This document shows positions 1 to 8,460 of a DNA stretch of 17,734 bases, in pieces. Position 1 is the stretch's first letter; each line of letters begins with the position of its first letter. The position numbers and the translations under genes were made by a program. Location of the stretch: the UHGV virus genome UHGV-1681308; one strand, 5' to 3'. Under the pieces are notes generated by a model, which saw nothing but the letters and a program-made list of their open reading frames with translations, did not search any database and was not told the origin of the DNA. Source of the stretch: a virus.

Positions 1-119
1 ATGTTGCAACCGTGGGTCACACGGTAAGAGGCGCGGTGATGGTGCTTGTGACATTTGTCACAAGCACCAAGTGATCCGCGAAGACAATCCGGTGCAACGC
101 CGGATGAGATCATGACAGT
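1..119 (+). mobile_element. tnpB: 3' terminus of a TnpB/IStron-type element truncated by the window edge: last 8 codons of tnpB (MLQPWVTR, stop at 25..27) plus omega-RNA scaffold to the right-end boundary
   Basis: Positions 1..119 align to 10192..10310 (3' end of the intact tnpB at 9133..10218 and its downstream region) at roughly 90% identity. Similarity stops abruptly after 119/10310. A 28-nt hairpin at 41..68 differs in stem sequence from the second copy but keeps its pairing. Confidence 0.7.
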
Positions 120-140
120 ACTATTTAACAGGAGCACACA

Positions 141-617
141 ATGACAGAGCGAGAATTGCGGCTCCGGCTGAGGCGGCTCCTGGGTACGGACAGGGGACTG
201 CCGGTCGAGAAGCTCGCTGCAGAACTGACGACACACAAGGTGGACATATTGCCGTACATGACGTGGTTGTGGAAGACACATGGACAGAAGTTCAGAGTGC
301 TGCTGACAAAGAAAGTGGCAGACTACGCAAAAGCGGCGGAAAAGGAAAAACAGAGCCTTCCGCAGCTGATCGTAAATGCTGGCACAATTTTCTTGCGACT
401 CTCAGAAGGCTCGCTTGAATCCGACAGGACTATCGAGATACTCGGTGACATGTGCGAACCTTATGCACTGTACTTCTTATTTGCAGGCGTAGGATTGCCC
501 TGCGACAAGTACCGCGCAGCAGCCAAGGAATACGCAGCTATGTTTCCTGACGCAGTGCGTGCTCTGCCTGAACCGTATAAGAAACTCGGAGAGGCTATGA
601 CACATGATACCACTTGA
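141..617 (+). CDS. hypothetical protein (158 aa), first gene downstream of the element right end
   Basis: ATG at 141 preceded by AGGAG (131..135). Stop overlaps the start of the next gene. No motif recognised. Confidence 0.6.
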   Translation: MTERELRLRLRRLLGTDRGLPVEKLAAELTTHKVDILPYMTWLWKTHGQKFRVLLTKKVADYAKAAEKEKQSLPQLIVNAGTIFLRLSEGSLESDRTIEILGDMCEPYALYFLFAGVGLPCDKYRAAAKEYAAMFPDAVRALPEPYKKLGEAMTHDTT

Positions 618-3102
618 CAAGCATGACTTGACTATGCTGCATGTGCTCAGCTCAGAGAAACTGATGCTGAAGTCGCTGAAGGCTGCCAAGGCAGGGCAGG
701 AACTGTTTCCACCGAGACGTGTACCGCATCTTGATCTGCTGTGGCGACACTTCATACGTTTCGCCATACAATCCAAGAAAGAAGGGCACTGGCTGCAGTG
801 GGACAGACAGGCGTATGTAGCTGACTGCCTCGAAGAACTGAAGCAGCGTGACGACATCAGCGACGAATGCAAAGCGCGATTCCAGGCAATATGCGTACAG
901 TATATCGGCGCTGAGCCATTGGACGCCGAGGCAGGCGACAAGCTGCTGCTGGAAGCTGTCAACGAAGCTATCAGAGCACAGATCAGCAGAGCCGTGTACA
1001 ATTCCGAGGCTTTCGACGGCATCAGACAACTGGTCAATAAAGGCGTCGCGCTGAAGGAGTCGTTGGAGACAGCTGACGAGAAGCAGAAATTGTTTGTGAA
1101 TCCGCTGCTTGAAGTCGAGACTTACCTGCATGTGTTGCCTAAGATGCCTACAGGTGTTCGCTACTTCGACAGAGTCACCAACGGCGGCATGTCTGAGGGC
1201 GAGGTAGCTTTGATTGCTGGATTGATGGGCGGTGGAAAGTGTCTTGGGAAAGACACACCCGTTCTCATGTACGACGGAACTGTAAAGAAAGTTCAGGATG
1301 TACGTGTAGGTGATCAGCTTATTGGTATGGACTCTACACCAAGAACAGTAATGTCTTTAGGTAGAGGTCGCAGTGAAATGTATAAAGTCACACCAGTAAA
1401 AGGTGATCCATTTACAGTTAACAGGTATCATATTCTGACAATGATATGCAGTGGTCCTGTAATATGGAAAGGAGTCAGATATAAACCAGGTGATCTTATT
1501 GATATCTGCGTTGAGGATCTGTACAGGCAATCCGACAGCTTTAAGTCACTTCTTAAGGTTATCAGAACAGGAGTGAACTTTAAACCTAAGGAGGAGCCTG
1601 AGTTAGATCCTTATTTTGTAGGTTTGTATTTGGGAGATGGAACGAAAGGAAAAGCCCAGATCACAACTGGTGACACAGAAGTTGTCGACTACTGTGTTAA
1701 GTATATGCAAGGTTTAGGTTTTGCATGTAATGTATCCAAAGATACTAGACATAACTGCGTTTATGTCAGTATAAGTAGAGCCAGCAACAAAACCGAAGGT
1801 GCGTTAACTATAATTCGTAGGAATACGTTTATAGATGATGAGAAGCGAATTTTGGATGTGTATAAGACTGGAAGCAGAGAGATTCGCATGAAAATACTTG
1901 CGGGTCTAGTTGACTCTGATGGATACACGCACCATGGTTTCCATGAGATAGTTACGAAGTATAGTAATCTAGCAGATGATATATGCTTCGTAGCGCGATC
2001 ATTAGGGTATGCAGCATATGTTAAAAAGTGTGAGAAAAAATGCTATAATACAGGTGCTGCAGGTACGTACTATAAGGTCAGTATATCTGGAGATTTCTCA
2101 GACTTACCTGTTTTGTTACCTAGACATAAGTTGTCAAAACGTAAGCAAGTCAAATCTGTGCTGAGGACAGGATATACTATAACCAAATTACCCGAGGATG
2201 AGTATTATGGGTTTACCATAGATGGTGATCACAGATTTCTTCTGGGTGACTTTACAATTACACATAACACAGCAACAGCAATCCAACTGGTAGGCAGTCA
2301 ACTGCTTGTAGGCAATCCAGTAGCATGGTTCACATTCGAGCAGCCGTTCGATCAGGACCTGATGCAGCGTATGGTATCCTTCATCACAGGCTACAGCCTG
2401 GACATCATACGTGGACGGGAATTCAAGGATCTGCCCGAGGACATTCGGGCAAAGTTTCTCACATTGAGCAACCAAATGTCGGACAAACTGATAGCAGCAG
2501 ACTTCTCGAACAACAACATGCTTGACAAGAACGATCCCGAGGATGATGGCTCTGTTTACAGTCTGTGCAAACGACTTGACATATGGGCTGACCAAGGCAA
2601 AGTGCCAAGCTACATCATGTTCGACTGGGTAGGCGCGGCAGTGAAACGCCTAGCGGCTGTACGCAGCATAGACATCGGGCAGATCACCAACTACATTGCG
2701 CTTGCCAATGAGATCATCGACGGTCTCGTACAGCTTGCCAAGCAGTACCATACGCGTGTAATCTTCTTTCATCAGCTGGATCCGGCGATCAAGAAGTCGC
2801 CTCCGTCCAGGAAGCCTACGACTGTGGAGCTTCAGATGATGAAGACGATGTCGAACTACACGCAGTACGCAATGGCAATCGGCAAGCGTGACGAAAATCA
2901 GCGCTGTTGGTTCATCTGCGACAAGTGCCGTAACAGCTACCCGTCAGAATGCGTCATCGAGCTGGATGGTGCACACGCCAAGTTCAATCTTCTGGAAGGA
3001 TATGCACCAGGCCGCAACGGACAGTTCATAAATATCAACGAGCTGCAGGAGGAGCTCAACGACAACAGTGACACGGCAGACAGCTACCAGCCTATAATCT
3101 GA
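604..3102 (+). CDS. intein-containing P-loop ATPase, probably a DnaB-like (SF4) replicative helicase; extein about 489 aa plus intein 343 aa
   Basis: Walker A GLMGGGK is followed immediately by Cys, and the extein resumes with T after the intein (reconstituted GLMGGGKT). C-extein has a Walker B-like YIMFDWV and a DnaB H4-like RVIFFHQLD. Extein size and P-loop position fit DnaB; a terminase or other RecA-fold ATPase is not excluded. Confidence 0.7.
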   Translation: MIPLDKHDLTMLHVLSSEKLMLKSLKAAKAGQELFPPRRVPHLDLLWRHFIRFAIQSKKEGHWLQWDRQAYVADCLEELKQRDDISDECKARFQAICVQYIGAEPLDAEAGDKLLLEAVNEAIRAQISRAVYNSEAFDGIRQLVNKGVALKESLETADEKQKLFVNPLLEVETYLHVLPKMPTGVRYFDRVTNGGMSEGEVALIAGLMGGGKCLGKDTPVLMYDGTVKKVQDVRVGDQLIGMDSTPRTVMSLGRGRSEMYKVTPVKGDPFTVNRYHILTMICSGPVIWKGVRYKPGDLIDICVEDLYRQSDSFKSLLKVIRTGVNFKPKEEPELDPYFVGLYLGDGTKGKAQITTGDTEVVDYCVKYMQGLGFACNVSKDTRHNCVYVSISRASNKTEGALTIIRRNTFIDDEKRILDVYKTGSREIRMKILAGLVDSDGYTHHGFHEIVTKYSNLADDICFVARSLGYAAYVKKCEKKCYNTGAAGTYYKVSISGDFSDLPVLLPRHKLSKRKQVKSVLRTGYTITKLPEDEYYGFTIDGDHRFLLGDFTITHNTATAIQLVGSQLLVGNPVAWFTFEQPFDQDLMQRMVSFITGYSLDIIRGREFKDLPEDIRAKFLTLSNQMSDKLIAADFSNNNMLDKNDPEDDGSVYSLCKRLDIWADQGKVPSYIMFDWVGAAVKRLAAVRSIDIGQITNYIALANEIIDGLVQLAKQYHTRVIFFHQLDPAIKKSPPSRKPTTVELQMMKTMSNYTQYAMAIGKRDENQRCWFICDKCRNSYPSECVIELDGAHAKFNLLEGYAPGRNGQFININELQEELNDNSDTADSYQPII
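1240..2268 (+). mobile_element. intein (343 aa) with LAGLIDADG homing-endonuclease domain, inserted in the Walker A P-loop
   Basis: N-terminal splicing block CLGKDTPVLMYDGT begins with Cys at 1240. Two LAGLIDADG motifs: YFVGLYLGDGTKG and KILAGLVDSDGYTHH. C-terminal block GFTIDGDHRFLLGDFTITHN is followed by the +1 nucleophile Thr at 2269. The intein DNA looks visibly AT-richer than the flanking extein. Confidence 0.85.
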
Positions 3103-3155
3103 CTTGCATTTTGCTGAATCTGTGCTATATTACTGTCCCTAAAAAGGAGACAGAT

Positions 3156-3659
3156 ATGGACAGATTCAGCACAATATTGCAGACAGCCAAGGCAAACTAC
3201 AGCACAACACATGGCGTTATCCTTAACCTGAGAAGCTCGAACAAACGTATACCGATCACGTTATGCGTATCCACAAGGCGCAACAGAAGTAAGATTGTAC
3301 CTACAGACTGCATTGTCTGGAGTAAGGATCGCATACTGTATCAGGGAACATTGACTGGCAAGCGCCTCAGGAACCTTATAGAGAAGTCTGACTTGTGCTG
3401 CATAGAGGTGACGAATGCTGTGGACATGGATTATGGTCCTGGCAAGTATATATGTCTTAACGATAAAGGTACCTGCCAGTGTACATCATGTCTGTGCCAC
3501 AAGCAGGATGACATCAGCTCAGTCCAGTGCTCAGATGCTGTAGCGTACAGAACAAATGCACTGGATGAACTGTGGCAGCAGGGAATAAAAGAATCAAGAA
3601 AAATACTAAAAGCAAAAAGAAAGGAAGCATTGCGTTATGCAACTGCTTTTTCTGGCTGA
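3156..3659 (+). CDS. hypothetical Cys-rich protein
   Basis: ATG at 3156 with AAGGAG at 3144..3149. The longest ORF begins at 3111, but 3156 has the RBS. No motif recognised. Confidence 0.55.
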   Translation: MDRFSTILQTAKANYSTTHGVILNLRSSNKRIPITLCVSTRRNRSKIVPTDCIVWSKDRILYQGTLTGKRLRNLIEKSDLCCIEVTNAVDMDYGPGKYICLNDKGTCQCTSCLCHKQDDISSVQCSDAVAYRTNALDELWQQGIKESRKILKAKRKEALRYATAFSG

Positions 3660-3936
3660 TGCCGGATCAACAATACACGCCTTTAAGAGCCCTGAAGCAT
3701 GTGTCAACCACGTCTTCAGGGTTTTTGCTGACGCCGGTAAAGGGCCGCATATAGAGAAACAATTATTCAGCAACTCAGATGGACTTCATATGGTAACAGT
3801 GAAGTCGTTCGACAAGAAGAAGGTGCTAGAGTTCATCAAGCAGATGCACCTGCACGCCTCATTCATTGTCGTGCTGAGAAACAGAGAACTGGATACAGAG
3901 GAACGGTACACCATCCGTAAGTCGTACTTAATGTGA
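3637..3936 (+). CDS. hypothetical protein (99 aa)
   Basis: ATG at 3637 with AAGGAAG at 3621..3627. Overlaps the preceding gene by 23 nt. Confidence 0.45.
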   Translation: MQLLFLADAGSTIHAFKSPEACVNHVFRVFADAGKGPHIEKQLFSNSDGLHMVTVKSFDKKKVLEFIKQMHLHASFIVVLRNRELDTEERYTIRKSYLM

Positions 3937-3954
3937 ACAAAATAAGGAGTACTG

Positions 3955-5334
3955 ATGCAAAAAGACATTACAAGATCAACACAGACAACATCCTATGTGA
4001 GAACAAGTATAGTAGACAACGAAGCTGCAGGAACTGATTTCCAGCAGGTTTTCCCATATCAGAAGAAGCTGTTCGGTCGCATTCTGTGGCCCAGCAAGGA
4101 CAGCATCGTGCGTATTGTACCCGGCAATGATGGTACACATACATTCCCGCAGGTAATCAACGCAGATACATGGACCACAGACGGTGACCAGACAAATTAC
4201 CTGTCTGACACTTTCTACATGACATACACTCTCAGCGGTTTCGGTGACAGCAAATGCGATATCTGCAGCAACCTGAAGCCAGGCAGTGATGAAGCCGCTA
4301 TGTATCCTGAATCCCCGCTCAATTACTTCTGCAACAAGATACATCGTACCATGCGGTATGTCTTGCAGGGTAAGGGCACGAAAGTCAGGTACAATGACAA
4401 GTGGCGCATGTGGACAGGGCTGCAAGGTACATTGCCGTTCCCGAAACCTACACTCATGTTCCAGGCTATCTGTGTACATCTGTGCGGAAGGGACTGTCTT
4501 AAGGAGGGCGAGGGAACTGATCCGGCACCTTTGTATGGCGTGATAGGCATCAATAACAAGACATCCATTGGCGAGCTCGTCAAGGCGCTTGTCGCACCCA
4601 TGGACAGACGCAGACCCATCGGTACAAACAACAACACATATGGTGCACTTGCAGAGGCGGCAGGCAACGTACTGTATCTGAACAGCGTCATAGACACTCA
4701 AGAGCACAAGTATCTTCAGCCCAGCATTCAGAGTTCGTCTGCACCTGCAAACAGCTGGGAACCTCAGCAGTACGACCTGACAGAGGACCTGTGCAAGCAG
4801 CTGTGGGTTCCCTGGGATAGAGTGCTGAAATACTATACAGTAAAAGAGCAGCTCGAACTTATAGCGTCTGAGTTTGGCGCTGATACTGTGAATTACGTGT
4901 TCTCTCTGTCTCCGCAGTGGGAAGGTCTGCAGATTCCTGAGCGCATTGCCGCTGTAGGTATGGGGCAGTACGCAGAGAATGCTCAGAGAGCTCCTTCATA
5001 TAGTGCCTTTGGACAGAACGTGCAGAAACAGGCATTTGGCAGTGCTCCCAGACAGGCAGCGCCAGCTTCAACGGCAAGTGCTGTTCCTGGGCTCAGCAGG
5101 GCTGCTCAGCCGTCTTTTGCGCTGCCGAATACGACACCTTTAGCCGGTGGCACTGCAAGTCCTGCTGTAAGCATGGACAGCATCAAAGCAGAGCTGGCAA
5201 AGATCAGAGCGGCCGCCAATACTGCACCCAGTGGAGCGGGAGCATTGGCAAGTGCTATGTTGAACGATCTCGAACTGCCGCCTGATGATGACGTCTACGA
5301 AGCTACAGGTGAGGAAAGTCTGGGAATCGAATAA
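3955..5334 (+). CDS. hypothetical protein (459 aa) with a low-complexity Ala/Ser/Pro region and an acidic C-terminal tail; possibly an ssDNA-binding or other replication accessory protein
   Basis: Strong RBS AAGGAG at 3944..3949 and ATG at 3955. C-terminus ...LELPPDDDVYEATGEESLGIE follows a disordered A/S/P-rich segment. Function is guessed from the tail and the replication-gene neighbourhood only. Confidence 0.6.
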   Translation: MQKDITRSTQTTSYVRTSIVDNEAAGTDFQQVFPYQKKLFGRILWPSKDSIVRIVPGNDGTHTFPQVINADTWTTDGDQTNYLSDTFYMTYTLSGFGDSKCDICSNLKPGSDEAAMYPESPLNYFCNKIHRTMRYVLQGKGTKVRYNDKWRMWTGLQGTLPFPKPTLMFQAICVHLCGRDCLKEGEGTDPAPLYGVIGINNKTSIGELVKALVAPMDRRRPIGTNNNTYGALAEAAGNVLYLNSVIDTQEHKYLQPSIQSSSAPANSWEPQQYDLTEDLCKQLWVPWDRVLKYYTVKEQLELIASEFGADTVNYVFSLSPQWEGLQIPERIAAVGMGQYAENAQRAPSYSAFGQNVQKQAFGSAPRQAAPASTASAVPGLSRAAQPSFALPNTTPLAGGTASPAVSMDSIKAELAKIRAAANTAPSGAGALASAMLNDLELPPDDDVYEATGEESLGIE

Positions 5335-5346
5335 CTAAAACATTCA

Positions 5347-5368
5347 GCCGGGTACTTATGTGCCCGGC
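5347..5368 (+). promoter_or_regulatory. GC-rich stem-loop between the upstream stop and the RBS of the first pentapeptide-repeat gene
   Basis: gccgggta (5347..5354) pairs with tgcccggc (5361..5368) around a 6-nt loop. It lies 3 nt upstream of the AAGGA RBS at 5371..5375. No U-tract follows, so it is not a classic intrinsic terminator. Confidence 0.35.
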
Positions 5369-5383
5369 ATAAGGACAAACAAG

Positions 5384-6406
5384 ATGAAAACAAAAAGAGT
5401 ACTGAAGAAAAACGCAATCAAGGCTTACAAAGCCTTCAACAGTGACCTGACTTGCAAAGGCTTCCGGTATGAAGTCGGCAAGGAATACCACCATAAAGGC
5501 AAGCTTGAGCTGTGCGAGGCAGGCTTCCATGCCTGCCCCAAACTGACTGACTGCTTCAATTTTTACCCGTTCGATAAAACTGAAACCAGAGTGGCCGAGG
5601 TGCTCGTCTGGGGTAAAGTCGAGTACGAAGACATAGGTGACAAGCTCTGCGCCTCAAATATCAAGGTAGTCAGAGAACTTACATGGACAGAGGTGTTGTC
5701 TCTGTGTAACAGCGGCTGCCGTAACAGTGGCTACCGTAACAGCGGCTGCCGTAACAGTGGCAACGGTAACAGTGGCAACCGTAACAGTGGCAACCGTAAC
5801 AGTGGCAACCGTAACAGCGGCTACGGTAACAGCGGCGATTGTAACAGTGGCAACTGGAATAGCGGCAACAATAACAGCGGCAATGGTAACATCGGCCACC
5901 GTAACAGCGGCTGCCGTAACAGTGGCAGCTGGAACAGCGGCGACGGTAACAGTGGCTACTTAAATACTCCGGCACAAAAGTATAGCTTTATTTTTAACAA
6001 ACAAGTTGAAAAGTCAGTCTTGGCTCAGATTGAGTTTCCGGAGTTCATGTGCTTCACTTTGTCAAAATGGATACCTGACTTCATAATGTCACAGCAGGAG
6101 AAAAAGCAGCACCCTGAATACGTTACAACAGGCGGTTATCTCAAGAAGTACACATATAAGGAAGCCTTCAGGAAGTCCTTCGAGGAAGCCAGACGCAAAC
6201 CTGACTGGCCCGAACAGCTTGAGAAGCTGAAATCACTGCCTAACTTCGATGCCAAGGTATTCGAGGAGATATCAGGCATCAAATCAAACGCACTTGGAAT
6301 CAGCGCTAAGGAGCTGGCAGACAAGGCAAAGACAGCCATGGAAGTCACAATGGCGGACATAGAGAAGGTATTCGGTTGCAAAATCAAGATTGTAGAGGAG
6401 AAGTGA
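5384..6406 (+). CDS. pentapeptide-repeat protein (N-x-G-x-x type, about 17 pentads) with conserved Cys/His-containing N-terminal domain and conserved C-terminal domain; paralog 1
   Basis: ATG at 5384 with AAGGA at 5371..5375. Central region is NSGCR NSGYR NSGCR NSGNG NSGNR NSGNR NSGNR and so on. N-terminal VLKKNAIKAYKAFNSDLTCKGFRYEVGK...CEAGFHAC and C-terminal KQHPEYVTTGGY...PDWPEQL...LPNFD.KVFEEISGIK are shared with 10835..11797. Confidence 0.8.
   Translation: MKTKRVLKKNAIKAYKAFNSDLTCKGFRYEVGKEYHHKGKLELCEAGFHACPKLTDCFNFYPFDKTETRVAEVLVWGKVEYEDIGDKLCASNIKVVRELTWTEVLSLCNSGCRNSGYRNSGCRNSGNGNSGNRNSGNRNSGNRNSGYGNSGDCNSGNWNSGNNNSGNGNIGHRNSGCRNSGSWNSGDGNSGYLNTPAQKYSFIFNKQVEKSVLAQIEFPEFMCFTLSKWIPDFIMSQQEKKQHPEYVTTGGYLKKYTYKEAFRKSFEEARRKPDWPEQLEKLKSLPNFDAKVFEEISGIKSNALGISAKELADKAKTAMEVTMADIEKVFGCKIKIVEEK
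5706..5957 (+). repeat. about 17 tandem copies of a 15-bp unit (GTAACAGYGGCNNNN) encoding the pentapeptide repeats, including three consecutive identical units
   Basis: Direct reading: cgtaacagtggcaac occurs three times back-to-back around 5765..5815, flanked by near-identical units. The period of 15 nt (5 codons) keeps the frame. Confidence 0.85.
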
Positions 6407-6407
6407 T

Positions 6408-6806
6408 ATGTCAGCAAATGCTTTCTATCCGCACACAGAAAGGGAACAGTTAGCTCCTTTTGCAAACAAACGTGTGTTGGTAACCGGAAAAGTGCAGCAT
6501 ATTGCAGCGTGGATGTCTGGTAAAAGGTGGGGGTTGCGAGCTACGCTGAAGCAGTGCAGAGTCAAGCATGGTAATATTCAAGTAAGTGTCGACCATTTTA
6601 CAGTCAACGTTGGTAAGCAGTTTATTGCCGTTCAAGCTAAAAGGAACACAACAGTATCTTTCTATGCCACAGTTAAGGCGTACCAGCCTGACAAACAGCT
6701 GAAATATGTACCGGATGATGTCAAGATCGCTCTTGGTTTTACGCCAAGAGTACCATCATATGGTATCAAATGGCCTACAAGGGTCGAGGTGCTCCATCGA
6801 TGCTAG
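6408..6806 (+). CDS. hypothetical protein (132 aa)
   Basis: ATG at 6408 is 1 nt after the stop of the preceding gene, with GAGGAG at 6395..6400. No motif recognised. Confidence 0.6.
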   Translation: MSANAFYPHTEREQLAPFANKRVLVTGKVQHIAAWMSGKRWGLRATLKQCRVKHGNIQVSVDHFTVNVGKQFIAVQAKRNTTVSFYATVKAYQPDKQLKYVPDDVKIALGFTPRVPSYGIKWPTRVEVLHRC

Positions 6807-7288
6807 TACGTGTAATTCCAAGGTACCTTATGGTACAGCTGTATAACAAGCATGTAGAAACTGGCGATACGGATGTGTTTCTTGACGGAAACCACTTTAT
6901 TTCCATTTACAGCACCAGAGATATGTCACCTTTGCCGGATCATCCACACGTATTTAAATTGATGTGCGATGATCTGACACTTGCTGATATGCGCATGTTC
7001 ACAGAGGATGGCTGGAATCATGTTACACTGTTTGATGAGGACATGGCAGACAAGATCGCAGCTTTCATAAAGAGCATTCCTGATACATGCAACTCACTTA
7101 TAGTGCACTGTGATGCAGGTGTCTCAAGATCAGGTGCTATAGGAATACTTGCCAACAGATACTTTAACGATGAAGGCAGCGCTGACGACGAGAAGTTCCA
7201 GCATGATTCGATGCCTTGGCTATCGCCAAACTCGCACATATTGATGCTTCTCAGACCCAGACTGCAAAGAAAGGAAACAAATGTCTAA
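6800..7288 (+). CDS. dual-specificity / protein-tyrosine-type (CX5R) phosphatase
   Basis: Active-site signature VHCDAGVSRSGAIG matches the cysteine-phosphatase P-loop (V)HCxAGxxR(S/T)G. Start is uncertain: the longest ORF begins at 6770 without an RBS; ATG 6800 (GAGGTG upstream, overlaps the previous stop) is preferred; ATG 6830 is also possible. Confidence 0.7.
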   Translation: MLVRVIPRYLMVQLYNKHVETGDTDVFLDGNHFISIYSTRDMSPLPDHPHVFKLMCDDLTLADMRMFTEDGWNHVTLFDEDMADKIAAFIKSIPDTCNSLIVHCDAGVSRSGAIGILANRYFNDEGSADDEKFQHDSMPWLSPNSHILMLLRPRLQRKETNV

Positions 7289-8234
7289 CTTAATCAAAAT
7301 CGGACGCAACAACGAACTCAAGAGAGCCACATTGGAGCTGCCTAAATACGGGGAGCTCACGGACGAGCGCGTAGTACAGGAAATGCGCGGCGTATTTGAC
7401 GGATTCGAATACGACCCAGACACTCAGGTCGAGACTGTGTTCAAAACAGTCGAGCAGATCGAGACTTATGCAGCTGAAGTCAGTAAAGAGCTTGAACAGG
7501 CCGACAATGACTTCAAGATGGCAGCAATCACCAATGCCGGTGCCATTGCAGCCAAGCGCTGGCACTTCGGTTTCATGATCAGCAAGTGCCTCAAGGCTTC
7601 CAAGTATGGTGAAGGGGTCGCCAATAAGATTGCAGCCGCAGCCAACATCTCGCTGCCGTATCTTTATCAGTACAGAGCAGTCGGCGACAATCTCAGTATC
7701 AGAGACGCTTACATCCTTGGTATGTATGGCGCTGGCTGGGATTGTATTCGTCAGGTTGCTGCAGTAAATGATCCCGATACAAGACAGAACCTCATTCAGT
7801 ACTTTGTCCAGTCTATCACGGACTGGAACAACAGTGTCGCCAAAGAGCAGGCTAAAGAGGCACTCAAGTCAGCATTGTCCATGCTGAAGCATGGTCCAGC
7901 CGAACTTGATGTTTCCAGTCCGGCAAAGATTGAGACAGCTGTCAACTTTGAATCCGAAGCTCCTGAATTCATGGAAGCAAAGAAACAGCTGCAGAAGCTG
8001 ATGACAGCATGCAGAGGCATTGTCAAAGATAACAAGCTGTCGCCGATGCTGAAGTCCTTTGGCGACTGTTATCTTGCCGATAATGTCCCCGATGCCGAAG
8101 CGCACCTCGATACACTGCACGAAGATGCGACAGCAGCATTGGAGCTTCTGCAGCAGGTTGAGAGTGTGTTGCCGCAGCTCAAGGAAGAAGTCACAAGCTT
8201 GCAGAATATGGGGCTCAGCCATGCAGACAGTTAA
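7281..8234 (+). CDS. hypothetical protein (317 aa)
   Basis: ATG at 7281 with AAAGGA RBS. Protein-like composition, no motif recognised. Confidence 0.6.
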   Translation: MSNLIKIGRNNELKRATLELPKYGELTDERVVQEMRGVFDGFEYDPDTQVETVFKTVEQIETYAAEVSKELEQADNDFKMAAITNAGAIAAKRWHFGFMISKCLKASKYGEGVANKIAAAANISLPYLYQYRAVGDNLSIRDAYILGMYGAGWDCIRQVAAVNDPDTRQNLIQYFVQSITDWNNSVAKEQAKEALKSALSMLKHGPAELDVSSPAKIETAVNFESEAPEFMEAKKQLQKLMTACRGIVKDNKLSPMLKSFGDCYLADNVPDAEAHLDTLHEDATAALELLQQVESVLPQLKEEVTSLQNMGLSHADS

Positions 8235-8460
8235 TCTTGATGTAGATGTGTCGGACCTTATGTGTCCGCACTGCGGTTCTGTCGACAGTGTCAAGTTGAT
8301 CGACCTTGGACCCGAACGAGATGCAGAGGGCGAATACGGTAACGTCAGATGCACCTGCTATGAGTGCGGCTGGTCGACATGTGACATGGATACAGCAGAG
8401 GACGCAGTGTACGCTTTTATCATCGGTCTCGACTGTGATATCAGGCACGACATAATATGA
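8221..8460 (+). CDS. small zinc-ribbon protein (about 79 aa)
   Basis: CPHCG ... CTCYECG four-Cys pattern. The ORF is open from 8059, but that part overlaps the preceding gene, so the start is placed at ATG 8221. Stop overlaps the next start (ATGA). Confidence 0.45.
   Translation: MQTVNLDVDVSDLMCPHCGSVDSVKLIDLGPERDAEGEYGNVRCTCYECGWSTCDMDTAEDAVYAFIIGLDCDIRHDII

Noticed and set aside
477-1131. Minus-strand ORFs 477..1037 and 652..1131, and the small + ORF 848..1054
   Set aside because: They overlap the helicase gene in other frames, with no RBS and low-complexity translations. Treated as shadow ORFs.
3976-4707. Minus-strand ORFs 3976..4707 and 4323..4697, and + ORF 4286..4543
   Set aside because: Entirely inside the well-supported + strand gene 3955..5334. 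No start signals.
5654-5975. ORFs 5654..5899 (-), 5679..5975 (-) and 5727..5963 (+) with repetitive VTVATVT / CYGSRCY translations; possible CRISPR-like array
   Set aside because: These are alternate-frame readings of the 15-bp tandem repeat inside the pentapeptide-repeat gene. The repeats are contiguous with no spacers and lie in-frame in a coding region, so this is not a CRISPR array and not separate genes.
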